The notes: a model not told the origin generated them from the letters alone. A stretch of 64,000 bases of DNA from an uncultured Bacillales bacterium (GCA_905206805.1 CAJLIR010000003.1:16063-80062), one strand, 5' to 3'. Positions 29,511 to 39,864 are shown, counted from the stretch's first letter. Program-made: numbers and translations.

Positions 29511-31852
29511 TGAAAAAAGTGAAAACTCTTAAAAATTTATTTAAACAGGATAAAGAAAAATTTATAGTTCCAAAAGGGGTACAAGATGTAATACCAATCA
29601 CTAGAGTATGGGAAGATGGTATTTTTTTATGTGGAAAAAATAAATATTCAAAAAGTTTTATGTTTACTGATATTAATTATACAGTAGCAAGTAAACAAGA
29701 TCAGGAGGCAATGTTTTTAGAATATTCTGAGTTATTAAATTCATTAGATAATGGAGCAACTTCTAAAATTACCATTTCTAATAGAAAAATAAATAAGATA
29801 GATTTTGAAAAACGCGTTTTAATTCCAAAAGAAGAAGATGATCTTAATAGATATAGAGATGAATATAACAATATGTTATTAGAAAAAATAAGTAGTACAA
29901 ATGGCATAGTTCAAGAAAAATATTTAACTATTTCTATAAATAAAAAATCAATAGAAGAAGCAAGAAATTATTTTACAAGAATAAGTGCTGATCTAATAAG
30001 TAAATTTTCTGCTCTTGGTTCTAAATGTATTGAATTAGATACTATAGATAGATTGAAAATAGCTCACGACTTTTATAGAGTTGGTGATGAAAATGCTTTT
30101 TTCTTTAATTTAAAAGACAGTATGCAAAAAGGACATAGTTATACTGATTATATATGTCCTGATACAATGGAATTTAAAGATGATTATTTTAAGATGGGAA
30201 ATAGGTATGGAAGGGTAATATTTTTAAAAGATTATGCTTCTTATATAAAAGACACAATGGTTGCAGAGTTGACAGAAATTGACAGAAATATGATGTTAAG
30301 TTTAGATGTTGTACCAGTTCCAATGGATGAGGCTATAAAGGAAGTTGAAAACAGAAGACTTGGTGTAGAAACAAATATTACTAATTGGCAAAGAAAACAA
30401 AATGCTAATAATAACTTTTCAGCAATTATACCTTATGATATGGAACAACAAAGAGCAGAAAGTAAAGAATTTTTGGATGATCTAACAACTAGAGATCAAA
30501 GGATGTTTTTAACTGTATTAACTTTAGTACATACAGCTGACACAAAAGAACAACTGGATAATGATACAGAATCTCTTTTAACTATAGGAAGAAAAAATCT
30601 ATGTCAATTTTCTATATTAAAATTTCAACAAATGGATGGACTTAACACTGTAATGCCATTTGGTGTTAGAAAAATTGATTCATTAAGAACATTAACTACA
30701 GAATCTCTAGCTGTATTTATGCCATTTAAGGTTCAAGAAATAAATCACGAAAATGGGATCTATTATGGGCAAAATGTTATAAGTAAAAATATGATAATTG
30801 CTGATAGAAAACAATTATTAAATGGTAATAGTTTTATTTTAGGAGTAAGTGGTAGTGGTAAATCATTTACAGGTAAAAATGAAATAGTTTCTATAATTCT
30901 TCGTGATCCAAAAGCTGATGTAATAATAATTGATCCAGAGCGTGAATATTCATCATTAACTAACGCATTAAATGGTGAAGTTATCAAAATTTCAGCAACT
31001 AGCAAAAATCATATAAACGCAATGGATATAAATGCCAATTATGGAGATGGTACTAACCCAGTAATTTTAAAATCAGAATTTATTTTATCTCTATGTGAAC
31101 AACTAATCGGAAGTAAGAATTTAGGACCAAAACAAAAATCTATAATTGATAGATGTACAGCAAATGTTTATAGAAATTATCAACAAAATAATTATCAAGG
31201 GAATCCGCCAACATTACAAGATTTTAGAAAAGAACTATTAAAGCAAGAAGAAAAAGAAGGAAAAGAAATAGCACTTGCAATCGAGTTATTTACAGATGGA
31301 TCACTTAATACATTTGCTAAAGAAACTAATGTTAATACCGACAATAGATTAATATGCTATGATATTTTAGATCTAGGAAAGCAACTGTTACAAATAGGTA
31401 TGTTAGTAGTATTAGATAGTATTTTAAATAGAATAACAATGAATAGAAGTAAGGGAAGAAATACATACATTTTTATAGATGAAATTTATTTGTTATTCCA
31501 ACACGAATATTCAGCTAATTTCTTATTTACTCTATGGAAGCGTGTGCGTAAATATGGAGCTTATGCAACAGGTATAACACAAAATGTAGATGATCTATTA
31601 CAATCTCATACTGCACGAACTATGCTTGCTAATTCAGAATTTATAGTTATGCTTAATCAAGCATCTACAGACAGGCTAGAACTTGCTAAATTATTAAATA
31701 TTTCAGAATTACAAATGAGTTATATTACAAATGTTGGTGTAGGACAAGGATTAATTAAAGTAGGTAGTAATTTAGTACCTTTTATAAATAAATTTCCTAA
31801 AAATACTAAACTTTATAAGTTAATGACAACAAAACCAAATGAAGAAGAATAG
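29510..31852 (+). CDS. VirB4/TrsE/PrgJ-family conjugal transfer ATPase
   Basis: 780 aa. Walker A LGVSGSGKSF, Walker B/DE box YIFIDEIYLL, typical VirB4 length. The start may be the GTG at 29519 rather than 29510. Confidence 0.85.
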   Translation: MKKVKTLKNLFKQDKEKFIVPKGVQDVIPITRVWEDGIFLCGKNKYSKSFMFTDINYTVASKQDQEAMFLEYSELLNSLDNGATSKITISNRKINKIDFEKRVLIPKEEDDLNRYRDEYNNMLLEKISSTNGIVQEKYLTISINKKSIEEARNYFTRISADLISKFSALGSKCIELDTIDRLKIAHDFYRVGDENAFFFNLKDSMQKGHSYTDYICPDTMEFKDDYFKMGNRYGRVIFLKDYASYIKDTMVAELTEIDRNMMLSLDVVPVPMDEAIKEVENRRLGVETNITNWQRKQNANNNFSAIIPYDMEQQRAESKEFLDDLTTRDQRMFLTVLTLVHTADTKEQLDNDTESLLTIGRKNLCQFSILKFQQMDGLNTVMPFGVRKIDSLRTLTTESLAVFMPFKVQEINHENGIYYGQNVISKNMIIADRKQLLNGNSFILGVSGSGKSFTGKNEIVSIILRDPKADVIIIDPEREYSSLTNALNGEVIKISATSKNHINAMDINANYGDGTNPVILKSEFILSLCEQLIGSKNLGPKQKSIIDRCTANVYRNYQQNNYQGNPPTLQDFRKELLKQEEKEGKEIALAIELFTDGSLNTFAKETNVNTDNRLICYDILDLGKQLLQIGMLVVLDSILNRITMNRSKGRNTYIFIDEIYLLFQHEYSANFLFTLWKRVRKYGAYATGITQNVDDLLQSHTARTMLANSEFIVMLNQASTDRLELAKLLNISELQMSYITNVGVGQGLIKVGSNLVPFINKFPKNTKLYKLMTTKPNEEE

Positions 31853-31854
31853 TT

Positions 31855-33453
31855 ATGGCTGATATTAAAATTAAATATAAGAAATCTAAAGGTATTAAAG
31901 TTTTAGATAAGACAGTTATAGGTACACAGAAATTTAAAAATAATTTAGTAGAAACAAAACAAAAAACAAATGATTTAATAAAAGAAAATAACAAGGAAAA
32001 TGAGTTTGGAGAAAATGTTATAATTAATACATCTAATTATATATCAAGAAAATCGGTATCTACTATTTCTAAAATTAATAAAAAATCCTTTTCTAATATT
32101 AAAAATAAAAGTAATATAAAGAAGGACAATAAAAAGATTTTAAAAGAAAATATTAAAGGAATAAAAAAAACTAGGAAAGCTATAAAAAATACCAAAAATA
32201 TTGGTAATGAAGGAAGAAAAACAGTTTTAAGAACTAAAAAAGCTATTGAAATGACAAAAAAGACAATTAAAACTACTATTAAAGGAATAAAAATAGGAAC
32301 AAAAGCTGCTTCAACAAGTATCAAAGCAATAATAGCTGGTACAAAATCTTTAATGGCTATTTTAACTGCTGGTAGTTCGGTTGTAGGTGTTATAATAATT
32401 AGTATAACTTTAGTAGCTTTATTAGTTGGATCAATATTTGGAATATTTTTTAGTGGTTATAAAACAAATTCTAATTCAATTACAATGGATCAGGTTGTTT
32501 CGGAGTGTCATAAAGAATTTTCTGAAAGAATACAAAATATTCAAGATACTAACCCCCACGATGATTATGTATTTGAAGGAGATATGGCTTCTTGGAAAGA
32601 CATATTAATTGTTTATACTGTAGAAGAAACAAACAGTTTAGATCAAAGAGATGTTGTTACAATAGATGAAAATAAGAAAAATAAAATAAAAGAAATATTT
32701 TGGAGTATGAATATTTTATCATCAGAAGTAAAAACAGAAACCGTAATTGAACAAGGTACTAATGCACTTGAAATGCCTAAAGAAGTACAAAAGAAGGTAT
32801 TACATATAACAGTAAAATCAAAGACTTTAGAACAAGTTAAACTACAAAAGAACTTTAACTATTTTCAAAATCAACAAATAAGTGAATTATTAAGTGATGA
32901 ATATAAGTCTTTATGGAATACTGTTATTTATGGTGAGGATTCAGGAGAATATACTAAATGGAGGCAAAAAGGTGCTGTTTGGTCTAACATAAAAATAGGT
33001 AATACTAATAGTACAATAAGTGATATAGGATGTTTAGTAACTTCAGTAGCTATTTTAATTGAAAAATCTGGTGTAGAAACACCGATAGATCCATTTAATC
33101 CTGGCACTTTTGTAGAAGCTTTAAATAAAAATGGTGGTTTTAGTGAAAATGGTAATCTTCAGTATGCAGCAATAAATAAAGTAGTTCCTAAATTTAGTTA
33201 TGTTGGTAATGTAAATTTAAGAGGATTAACAAAACAAGAAAAAATAGGTATGATTAAATTATATCTTGAGCAAGGATATTATTTAACAGCTGAAGTAAAA
33301 GGAGCAACAGAAGGTAATCAACATTGGGTTGCAATAATGGAAGTAAATGAAAATAATATTAAAATGGTAGATCCAGCTTCAAATTATACTGATCTTTGGA
33401 ACGCGTATGAACATATTAAAACAACACAATTTAATTATTTTAAGGCAAATTAA
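31855..33453 (+). CDS. T4SS-associated peptidoglycan hydrolase (CHAP/NlpC-P60-like Cys-His domain) with K-rich N-terminus and TM anchor
   Basis: 532 aa. A lysine-rich region precedes a TM (LMAILTAGSSVVGVIIISITLVALLV). The C-terminal domain has Cys in DIGCLVTSVAI and His in NQHWVAIMEV, like PrgK/TcpG-type hydrolases. Confidence 0.55.
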   Translation: MADIKIKYKKSKGIKVLDKTVIGTQKFKNNLVETKQKTNDLIKENNKENEFGENVIINTSNYISRKSVSTISKINKKSFSNIKNKSNIKKDNKKILKENIKGIKKTRKAIKNTKNIGNEGRKTVLRTKKAIEMTKKTIKTTIKGIKIGTKAASTSIKAIIAGTKSLMAILTAGSSVVGVIIISITLVALLVGSIFGIFFSGYKTNSNSITMDQVVSECHKEFSERIQNIQDTNPHDDYVFEGDMASWKDILIVYTVEETNSLDQRDVVTIDENKKNKIKEIFWSMNILSSEVKTETVIEQGTNALEMPKEVQKKVLHITVKSKTLEQVKLQKNFNYFQNQQISELLSDEYKSLWNTVIYGEDSGEYTKWRQKGAVWSNIKIGNTNSTISDIGCLVTSVAILIEKSGVETPIDPFNPGTFVEALNKNGGFSENGNLQYAAINKVVPKFSYVGNVNLRGLTKQEKIGMIKLYLEQGYYLTAEVKGATEGNQHWVAIMEVNENNIKMVDPASNYTDLWNAYEHIKTTQFNYFKAN

Positions 33454-33456
33454 AAG

Positions 33457-33473
33457 TCGTTTCTTAAACGACA
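33457..33473 (+). terminator. short hairpin GTCGTTT-CTT-AAACGAC after the hydrolase gene
   Basis: Perfect 7-bp stem right after the stop. The T-tract is weak. Confidence 0.3.
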
Positions 33474-33633
33474 TTACTTTATAGCACTTATCAGCACAAA
33501 AAATAGAATAAATAGTAAAATATCTTATTAGGTGTGATAATATAAGTTGCATAGATAATTTCTTAGATTGTTATTATAGTGAGTATAAAAAATTATATCA
33601 ACTAGGATATTATACATTATAAGAAATAAAAAA

Positions 33634-33710
33634 TTACAAAATTTGACAAAAATTACAAAATTTGACAAAAATATTGACTTTAATAAAAAAATGTTATATT
33701 CTATATTTAG
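33634..33710 (+). promoter_or_regulatory. tandem 21-bp direct repeat (AAAATTACAAAATTTGACAAA x2) with overlapping TTGACA/TTGACT -35 boxes and a TATATT -10
   Basis: Two exact copies, each with a TTGACA hexamer, then TTGACT-15/17 nt-TATATT, about 80 bp upstream of the cargo lipoprotein/ABC operon. Confidence 0.4.
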
Positions 33711-33786
33711 AAGTTTAATATGTTTGTTGAGCAGTACCCAGAAAATATTTTTGTGTACTGCTTTTTGTATAAGAGGTGTATTTGTT

Positions 33787-34635
33787 ATGCTTAATAAAAG
33801 GATGAAAATTATTTTTATGATTATTGTTTCATTATTATATGTAACAGGCTGCAACAAGAAAGTAGATTTTGATGAAAATTTGAATTCATATCCAAAGTTT
33901 GTTTCAAAATGTGTTACAACTGATAGTGATGATGGATGGTTTTATTATTTTTGTATTCAGTATCCAAAGAAAAATAAAAATACAAAGGAAGTCAAAAATA
34001 ATTATCAAAAAGACAATGCTTTTTCATATGTATTTGACGGATTTAATATAAAATATAAAAAAATTGATGGTTATTATATTCCTATCTATGATGAAAGCGG
34101 AACAGAAGTTGGAAATATTGAGCCAGCTGTACCTTCATTGTCAGTTTCATCACAAATGAGAAATGAAATAAAAAAAATTAATGATTTTTTTATGAAAGAA
34201 GATTTTAATAGAATAATATCTGAGGATGATTTAGATGAACTAGAGTTAGAATTTATAGATAAAAGTTTATTAGTAACAATGTTTAACAATGCCTACAATA
34301 AAGAACCAATTGATTTGGGGGTTTGGGTTAATTTGCCACAAGTAGAAATAGTAAAAAGTGAAAAAATTGATAATTATTATTTTAATATAGGATATTATGT
34401 TGAATATGGAAATCTTCAAAAGGTTAATATTGATTTGTTATATGAAGATGGAAGTTATTTATCAGATTTAGTAAAGAATAAAAAAGCTTCAGAAGATAAA
34501 GTAAATGAGTATAATGAATTTAAAAAAATTGAAGAATATATTATTAAAAATCAAACATTTGACTTGTCAAATTATAAAAAATTAGATTTAAAACATTTTG
34601 AAGAATTAAAAAAATTACTTAAGAAAATTGGCTGA
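33787..34635 (+). CDS. lipoprotein, hypothetical (first gene of cargo operon)
   Basis: Start taken at MLNKRMKIIFMIIVSLLYVTGC, a lipobox LYVTGC. The upstream part of the 33643 ORF overlaps the promoter repeats and is unlikely to be coding. Confidence 0.5.
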   Translation: MLNKRMKIIFMIIVSLLYVTGCNKKVDFDENLNSYPKFVSKCVTTDSDDGWFYYFCIQYPKKNKNTKEVKNNYQKDNAFSYVFDGFNIKYKKIDGYYIPIYDESGTEVGNIEPAVPSLSVSSQMRNEIKKINDFFMKEDFNRIISEDDLDELELEFIDKSLLVTMFNNAYNKEPIDLGVWVNLPQVEIVKSEKIDNYYFNIGYYVEYGNLQKVNIDLLYEDGSYLSDLVKNKKASEDKVNEYNEFKKIEEYIIKNQTFDLSNYKKLDLKHFEELKKLLKKIG

Positions 34636-34649
34636 TGAGTGGTGATTTT

Positions 34650-36572
34650 ATGAAAAATATAATAAATGTTACAAATTTAACAAAAAAGTATAATTTATAT
34701 GATGAATATGTTTTGAAAAATTTTAATTATTCTTTTCATGAAACAGGATTTTATGTTCTATTTGGACCTAGCGGATGTGGAAAGACAACTTTGCTTAATA
34801 TATTGTATGGACTAACTGAATATGAAAATGGGGGTATAGAACTTGGAAATGAAAAGTACATCAATAAAATTCCAACAGATGTATCTGAGTCATATATGGC
34901 TTATTTAACCCAAGAAAACTATTTTGTTGATTATTTAACAGTCAAAGATAACATAGAACTATGCAGTGATAATGAGGAAAAAATAAATAAACTTTTAAAA
35001 AAATTTAAACTTGAAGATAAAATTAATTTGTATCCTAAAAATTTATCTGGTGGTGAAAAACAAAGATTATCATTACTTCAGGCCTTGTTGAAACAAAAAA
35101 AAATAATTTTATTAGATGAGCCAACTGCTTCCTTAGATCCAGCAAATAAAACTTTAATATTCGAACTTTTAATGGAAATGAAAGATGATGTTTTAATAAT
35201 ATGTGCTTCGCATGATTCAAAAATTTTTGAATATTGTGATAATGTTATAGAATTTGATAAAATAGAAAAATATACATTAGATGATAATAAAATTGGAAAA
35301 ATATTGAATCCGTTGACACCCCAAAAACAAAAGCCATTGGTTCATTACATGATGAAACAAAATGATAAAAAAACTGTTAGAAGTAAAATACTGATATTAT
35401 TGATATTTTTATTTAGTTTTATGTTATGCTACTTTTGCTTTGATATTAAAGGAAAACTGGTTACAACAATTCAAAACAAGTATAAAGTTAACTATTTAAC
35501 TGTATATTGTCCAATAAATACAAATAGTTGTGAGAGTCTATTTAAAAATGAGAATATTGTAGAATATAATTATGTTTATTCACTGAATGTTCCTTTGGCA
35601 ACATCAGTGGAAGTAGAAGAGGGATTTGTTGGAAATTTAAACTATGAAACATCACTAGTTACTTTACCGGCTAATAAAAATAATTTTCCTTTAGTAAATA
35701 AAATACTTTTTGGGCACTACATAATGGAAAAAAATCAAATAATGTTAGGTTACGAATTAGCAATGGAGCTTTCAAATGGTGATATAGACAAACTAATAGA
35801 TAGCGATATTGTATTAAAATTACCAGATGGAGAGCAAAAATTTGTTGTGGCGGGAGTATTTAATAATTTTACTGATATAGATGCAAAATATTTTCAATCT
35901 GGTGAGATTGATATTGAAAACATTAATAATAAGTATTTTATATCAGGAGAATATACCAAAAAATATTTGAAAGATGATGTATTGGGATATAATGAAATAT
36001 CAAATTCAAAATTAGTTTATTATGTTTATTTTAATGATTTTAATGAACTTTATAATGTTAATAAGAGGTATAGTCAAAATATAATTAGTGGTGATGATAT
36101 CTATGTAAGCTCCTTTCCAAGCCAGTATTTAGATTTTATGAATCAATTTAGAACTTTTTCACTTTTTATATACCCAATAGTATTTTTATCAATAATAATA
36201 GCTATGATATTCTATTTTCAAACAATGGTTTTAGATATTAATTATAATATTCATATAATAGGTGTATATCAGTTTTATGGTTATTCATTAGCAAAAATTA
36301 AAAAGGGCTTGATATTGAATAATATAATAAACATTAGTAAATGTTTTGCATGTTCATTTTTTATTTCATTTGTACTATCATTTTTACTTAATAAAATAAA
36401 TACATCTTTTAATTTATTTAACTATGAGCTATTTAATGTTAATTTCCCAATTGTTTTGGTAATGTATATTATTACGATATTAATATCGATAATTATGTCG
36501 ATATATTTATGCAAAAGTATTAAAAAGAACGGATGGTATAGAATTGTTAAAAATGGTGGTGATTTAATATGA
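34650..36572 (+). CDS. fused ABC transporter ATP-binding / FtsX-like permease protein (MacB-type)
   Basis: Walker A GPSGCGKTT, signature LSGGEKQRLS, Walker B ILLDEPTASLD. The C-terminal ~400 aa form an extracytoplasmic domain plus 4 TM, as in the FtsX/MacB fold. Confidence 0.8.
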   Translation: MKNIINVTNLTKKYNLYDEYVLKNFNYSFHETGFYVLFGPSGCGKTTLLNILYGLTEYENGGIELGNEKYINKIPTDVSESYMAYLTQENYFVDYLTVKDNIELCSDNEEKINKLLKKFKLEDKINLYPKNLSGGEKQRLSLLQALLKQKKIILLDEPTASLDPANKTLIFELLMEMKDDVLIICASHDSKIFEYCDNVIEFDKIEKYTLDDNKIGKILNPLTPQKQKPLVHYMMKQNDKKTVRSKILILLIFLFSFMLCYFCFDIKGKLVTTIQNKYKVNYLTVYCPINTNSCESLFKNENIVEYNYVYSLNVPLATSVEVEEGFVGNLNYETSLVTLPANKNNFPLVNKILFGHYIMEKNQIMLGYELAMELSNGDIDKLIDSDIVLKLPDGEQKFVVAGVFNNFTDIDAKYFQSGEIDIENINNKYFISGEYTKKYLKDDVLGYNEISNSKLVYYVYFNDFNELYNVNKRYSQNIISGDDIYVSSFPSQYLDFMNQFRTFSLFIYPIVFLSIIIAMIFYFQTMVLDINYNIHIIGVYQFYGYSLAKIKKGLILNNIINISKCFACSFFISFVLSFLLNKINTSFNLFNYELFNVNFPIVLVMYIITILISIIMSIYLCKSIKKNGWYRIVKNGGDLI

Positions 36573-38341
36573 TAGAGATTAAAAATATAAATAAATCATA
36601 TGATCGACCTATTTTAAAAAATATAAATCTTAAGTTTTATGAAAATAATATTTATTTGTTAAAGGGAATTAGTGGTTGTGGCAAAACAAGTTTGCTTAAT
36701 ATAATAGGTGGAATAGATGATGATTATTCTGGACAGTATTTTTCAGATGGTGTTAGTATTACCGATCAAAATAAAAAAAATAGGAACAAATTTTTCACTA
36801 AAATTGGATATGTTTTTCAAGAAAGCTTATTGGTTAGTAATCTAAGTATCTATGAAAATTTAGAACTTATAAAAAATGACAAAGAAAAAATTTATGAGTT
36901 GTCGAAAAAATTTAAAGTAAGTAAATTATTAGATAAAATGCCTAGTGAATTATCGGGTGGAGAACGACAGAGAGTGAGCATTATTAGAGCACTGTTACTA
37001 GATCCTGATATCATAATTGCTGATGAGCCAACTGCTTCTTTAGATAGAAAGAATGCATTGGAATTGTGTGAATTACTTAATCTATTGCACGAAGAAAACA
37101 AGATCATAATAATATCAACTCACGATAATATATTTGATAACATTTCTGATTGCATTATAACAATAGATTATGGTGTTACTTCTATTGTGAAGGATAATGT
37201 AGCAAAAAAAAATTCAGAAAAAAAATATATTACTGGTTATAAAAAAAATAATTTTAAACAAATAGACTTTACTTATTCTTTTAGAAAATTTAAAAAATCT
37301 TTTAATATTGGTTCTATAGTTACAATTACTTCAATAATGCTATTAATATTTATAATTTTAGCTATTAAGATGAATTTTAAGGAAGCATATATTAAATATA
37401 TGAGTAAAAAATACCCTTTTGAAACAGTTGATCTAAATTCTAAAATATATAATAATATGAAAGATAAAATAAATTTTAAAGTATATGATAACTATAATTT
37501 TAATGAAGAAAATATAGATTATTTAACTTTATTGCCTAAAAAAGAATCATTATTAAGTAATAAGATTTATTTGTATGATGGCTATTTTCCAAATGAAGAG
37601 AATCAAGTTTTAATAAATGAAGATTTTTTAAACAAAGTTTTAAAAAAGAAAATACTAACTGGAAATGAATCTATTTTAATAAGAGGTAAAAATTTTAAAA
37701 TAACAGGTGTAATAACAAATAATGAAACATTATTAAATGATATTTATAATACAAATTCTTATTATGATAATACCATAAATCCAAAGGTTTTTATACCATA
37801 TGAATCTATAAAAAAGATTTCAAAAAAAATAACGACAGAAAATATAATGGTTACAATCAAAGGATTATATAATGAACATTTATCTGAAGAATTATCTAAG
37901 TTAGGGTTTGTTAATTGTTGGAGTAATAAAATAGAAAATATAACATATACATTAGATTTATTTATAAATTTGTTTTTTATAGCGTTAGCAATTTTATCAT
38001 TTATATCTTTCATATTTTTAGCAAATCAAATAATTTTATCTTTATATTATAGAAAAAAAGAGTTCGGATATTTACAATTATTTGGTGTTAACAAGAGAAG
38101 AATAAAAAAAATCGTTTTATATGAATATTTTTATAAATATATTTTTTCATTGATTTTAGCAATAATTATAGATTTTATAATATCTTTGATATTTTCTTAT
38201 ATTTTAAATGTTAATGTTTTTTTATCGATTAAACATTTTATATTAATAGTATTGATAATATTGATATATTGTTATTTACTTATTTTTATACCATTTAGAA
38301 TTTATATATCAAAAAGCATAAAATCGTTGATATATGATTAA
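36569..38341 (+). CDS. second fused ABC transporter ATP-binding / FtsX-like permease protein (MacB-type)
   Basis: Walker A GISGCGKTS, signature LSGGERQRVS, Walker B IIADEPTASLD, with a C-terminal FtsX-like permease. Its start overlaps the upstream stop (ATGA). Confidence 0.8.
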   Translation: MIEIKNINKSYDRPILKNINLKFYENNIYLLKGISGCGKTSLLNIIGGIDDDYSGQYFSDGVSITDQNKKNRNKFFTKIGYVFQESLLVSNLSIYENLELIKNDKEKIYELSKKFKVSKLLDKMPSELSGGERQRVSIIRALLLDPDIIIADEPTASLDRKNALELCELLNLLHEENKIIIISTHDNIFDNISDCIITIDYGVTSIVKDNVAKKNSEKKYITGYKKNNFKQIDFTYSFRKFKKSFNIGSIVTITSIMLLIFIILAIKMNFKEAYIKYMSKKYPFETVDLNSKIYNNMKDKINFKVYDNYNFNEENIDYLTLLPKKESLLSNKIYLYDGYFPNEENQVLINEDFLNKVLKKKILTGNESILIRGKNFKITGVITNNETLLNDIYNTNSYYDNTINPKVFIPYESIKKISKKITTENIMVTIKGLYNEHLSEELSKLGFVNCWSNKIENITYTLDLFINLFFIALAILSFISFIFLANQIILSLYYRKKEFGYLQLFGVNKRRIKKIVLYEYFYKYIFSLILAIIIDFIISLIFSYILNVNVFLSIKHFILIVLIILIYCYLLIFIPFRIYISKSIKSLIYD

Positions 38342-38406
38342 TTTGATTAAAAATCGCTAGTACAGGGTTTTTAATATATATATAGCAGTGAGGAGGTGAG
38401 TGGAAA

Positions 38407-38901
38407 ATGAAAAAGATATTAATGTCAATGTTCTTAACATTTGCGGCAGTTATTGCAACTACTACGACAGCTCATGCTGGAAGTTGTACAGCTGTTTTAG
38501 ATGGTCCTAGTTTAAAAGCTGGCACTGATCATAACGGGACTGTATATTCTTTAGCAAGTAGTTATGCTACTGCAACTGGAAATAGGGCTAAAACATATTT
38601 CTACAATTTATCTACATTATCTAATACATTTGCTAGCGATCCTAATAGATTATTGGGTGCTAATTTAATGGAAGATGATTGGCTAAATGCAGATGATTTA
38701 GTAAAAACTTACTATGGTACTTTTACAGGAATTACGTTAACTAATGTATATTTAAATAGTACAAAAATCAGTGGAAATATTGAAGATGAAGGCGATAATG
38801 TTAGCGAATTATATTTAAGATCTGTTGTCTCAAAAAGTAACCTTGATGGAGGTACTTTAACAACAAGAAGCTTCTTTGATTATCAACTTTGTCAAGAATA
38901 A
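38407..38901 (+). CDS. small secreted protein (164 aa) with Sec signal peptide and terminal Cys pair; function unknown
   Basis: MKKILMSMFLTFAAVIATTTTAHA|GSC... is an AXA cleavage site. The mature protein of about 140 aa is Gly/Thr/Asn-rich, with Cys right after the cleavage site and Cys 3 residues from the C-terminus. Strong RBS GGAGGTGAG. Confidence 0.55.
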   Translation: MKKILMSMFLTFAAVIATTTTAHAGSCTAVLDGPSLKAGTDHNGTVYSLASSYATATGNRAKTYFYNLSTLSNTFASDPNRLLGANLMEDDWLNADDLVKTYYGTFTGITLTNVYLNSTKISGNIEDEGDNVSELYLRSVVSKSNLDGGTLTTRSFFDYQLCQE

Positions 38902-38945
38902 TGCTACTAATTATGATATTGTGGAGCTTTCAATAGCTCCTTTTT

Positions 38946-39416
38946 TTGGGAGTGTTAACATTGAAAAAAATTTTTAGAGATATAATAATAATTACTTTTC
39001 CAACTATTATTATTATGATAATTACAAATTTCTTTTATTCATTTTCTCTTATCAAAGGTACTTCAATGCAGCCAAATTTTATTGAAGGTGATTTTGTAGT
39101 ATATCAAAAATTTAATAAAATTATTTCTAGGTTTGACGTTGTTATATTAAAAAAAGGTAATACTATTTATATAAAGAGAGTAATTGGATTACCTACGGAA
39201 GAAATTATGTATGAAAATAATAACCTATACATTAATGGTGAGAATATAAGTGAAGAATTTTTAGATAAATTTGCATATACAGAAAATTTTAATTATGTAG
39301 TATCAAAAGGAAAATATTTTGTTCTTGGGGATAATAGAGAAAACTCTTTAGATAGTAGAAGCTTTGGATTAGTAGATTATGATGAAATTTTAGGCATTAT
39401 TAAAATCAAAATTTAG
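38946..39416 (+). CDS. signal peptidase I (P-type, LepB/SipS family)
   Basis: Box B KGTSMQPNF (catalytic Ser), box D YIKRVIGLP (catalytic Lys), box E VLGDNRENSLDSRSFG. The start may be the TTG at 38961. Confidence 0.75.
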   Translation: MGVLTLKKIFRDIIIITFPTIIIMIITNFFYSFSLIKGTSMQPNFIEGDFVVYQKFNKIISRFDVVILKKGNTIYIKRVIGLPTEEIMYENNNLYINGENISEEFLDKFAYTENFNYVVSKGKYFVLGDNRENSLDSRSFGLVDYDEILGIIKIKI

Positions 39417-39582
39417 ATAGTAACATCCTTTAATGCTTAAATGAAGTGATTATCATAGTTTGAAGTAATATTTAATTGTTTTTTACATTACATAGTGTGA
39501 ATATTGGAAAATGATTAATAAAAAAGAAGTAACCGAATTTGCTTCTTTTTTTATAAAAAACTATGTAATTTTTTTACAAAGT

Positions 39583-39864
39583 TTACTTTTTTTGATCAAT
39601 TCTTGTGTAATTAGTAATATGACTTTCATCATATTTTAATAAATCAGAACTTGTTATATTTAATTTACTATCAATATTTTTATTAATACCCTCAGCAAGT
39701 TTGTCTAACATTTCTAATGATGTTTTCCTTCTACCTTTTTCTAGTTGATTAATATATACTAAACTACTACCCACTTTAGATGCAAATTCCTCTTGGGATA
39801 AGTTATAAATCTTTCTAATATATCTCAAATTTATAGAAAGAATTTCTTTACTACTTTTCATCAA
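39583..39864 (-). CDS. XRE-family HTH transcriptional regulator (only ICE gene on the minus strand)
   Basis: LSQEEFASKVGSSLVYINQLEKGRR is an HTH_XRE. RBS GGAGGTAAG precedes the start on the minus strand. Its divergent position relative to 40011 suggests a switch-like arrangement. Confidence 0.65.
   Translation of the reverse strand: MMKSSKEILSINLRYIRKIYNLSQEEFASKVGSSLVYINQLEKGRRKTSLEMLDKLAEGINKNIDSKLNITSSDLLKYDESHITNYTRIDQKK

Noticed and set aside
33643-33786. Upstream part of the 33643..34635 ORF (MTKITKFDKNIDFNKKMLYSIFRSLICLLSSTQKIFLCTAFCIRGVFV)
   Set aside because: It overlaps the tandem 21-bp repeats and promoter hexamers. The lipoprotein signal peptide starts at the internal Met. This looks like a translated promoter region, not coding sequence.
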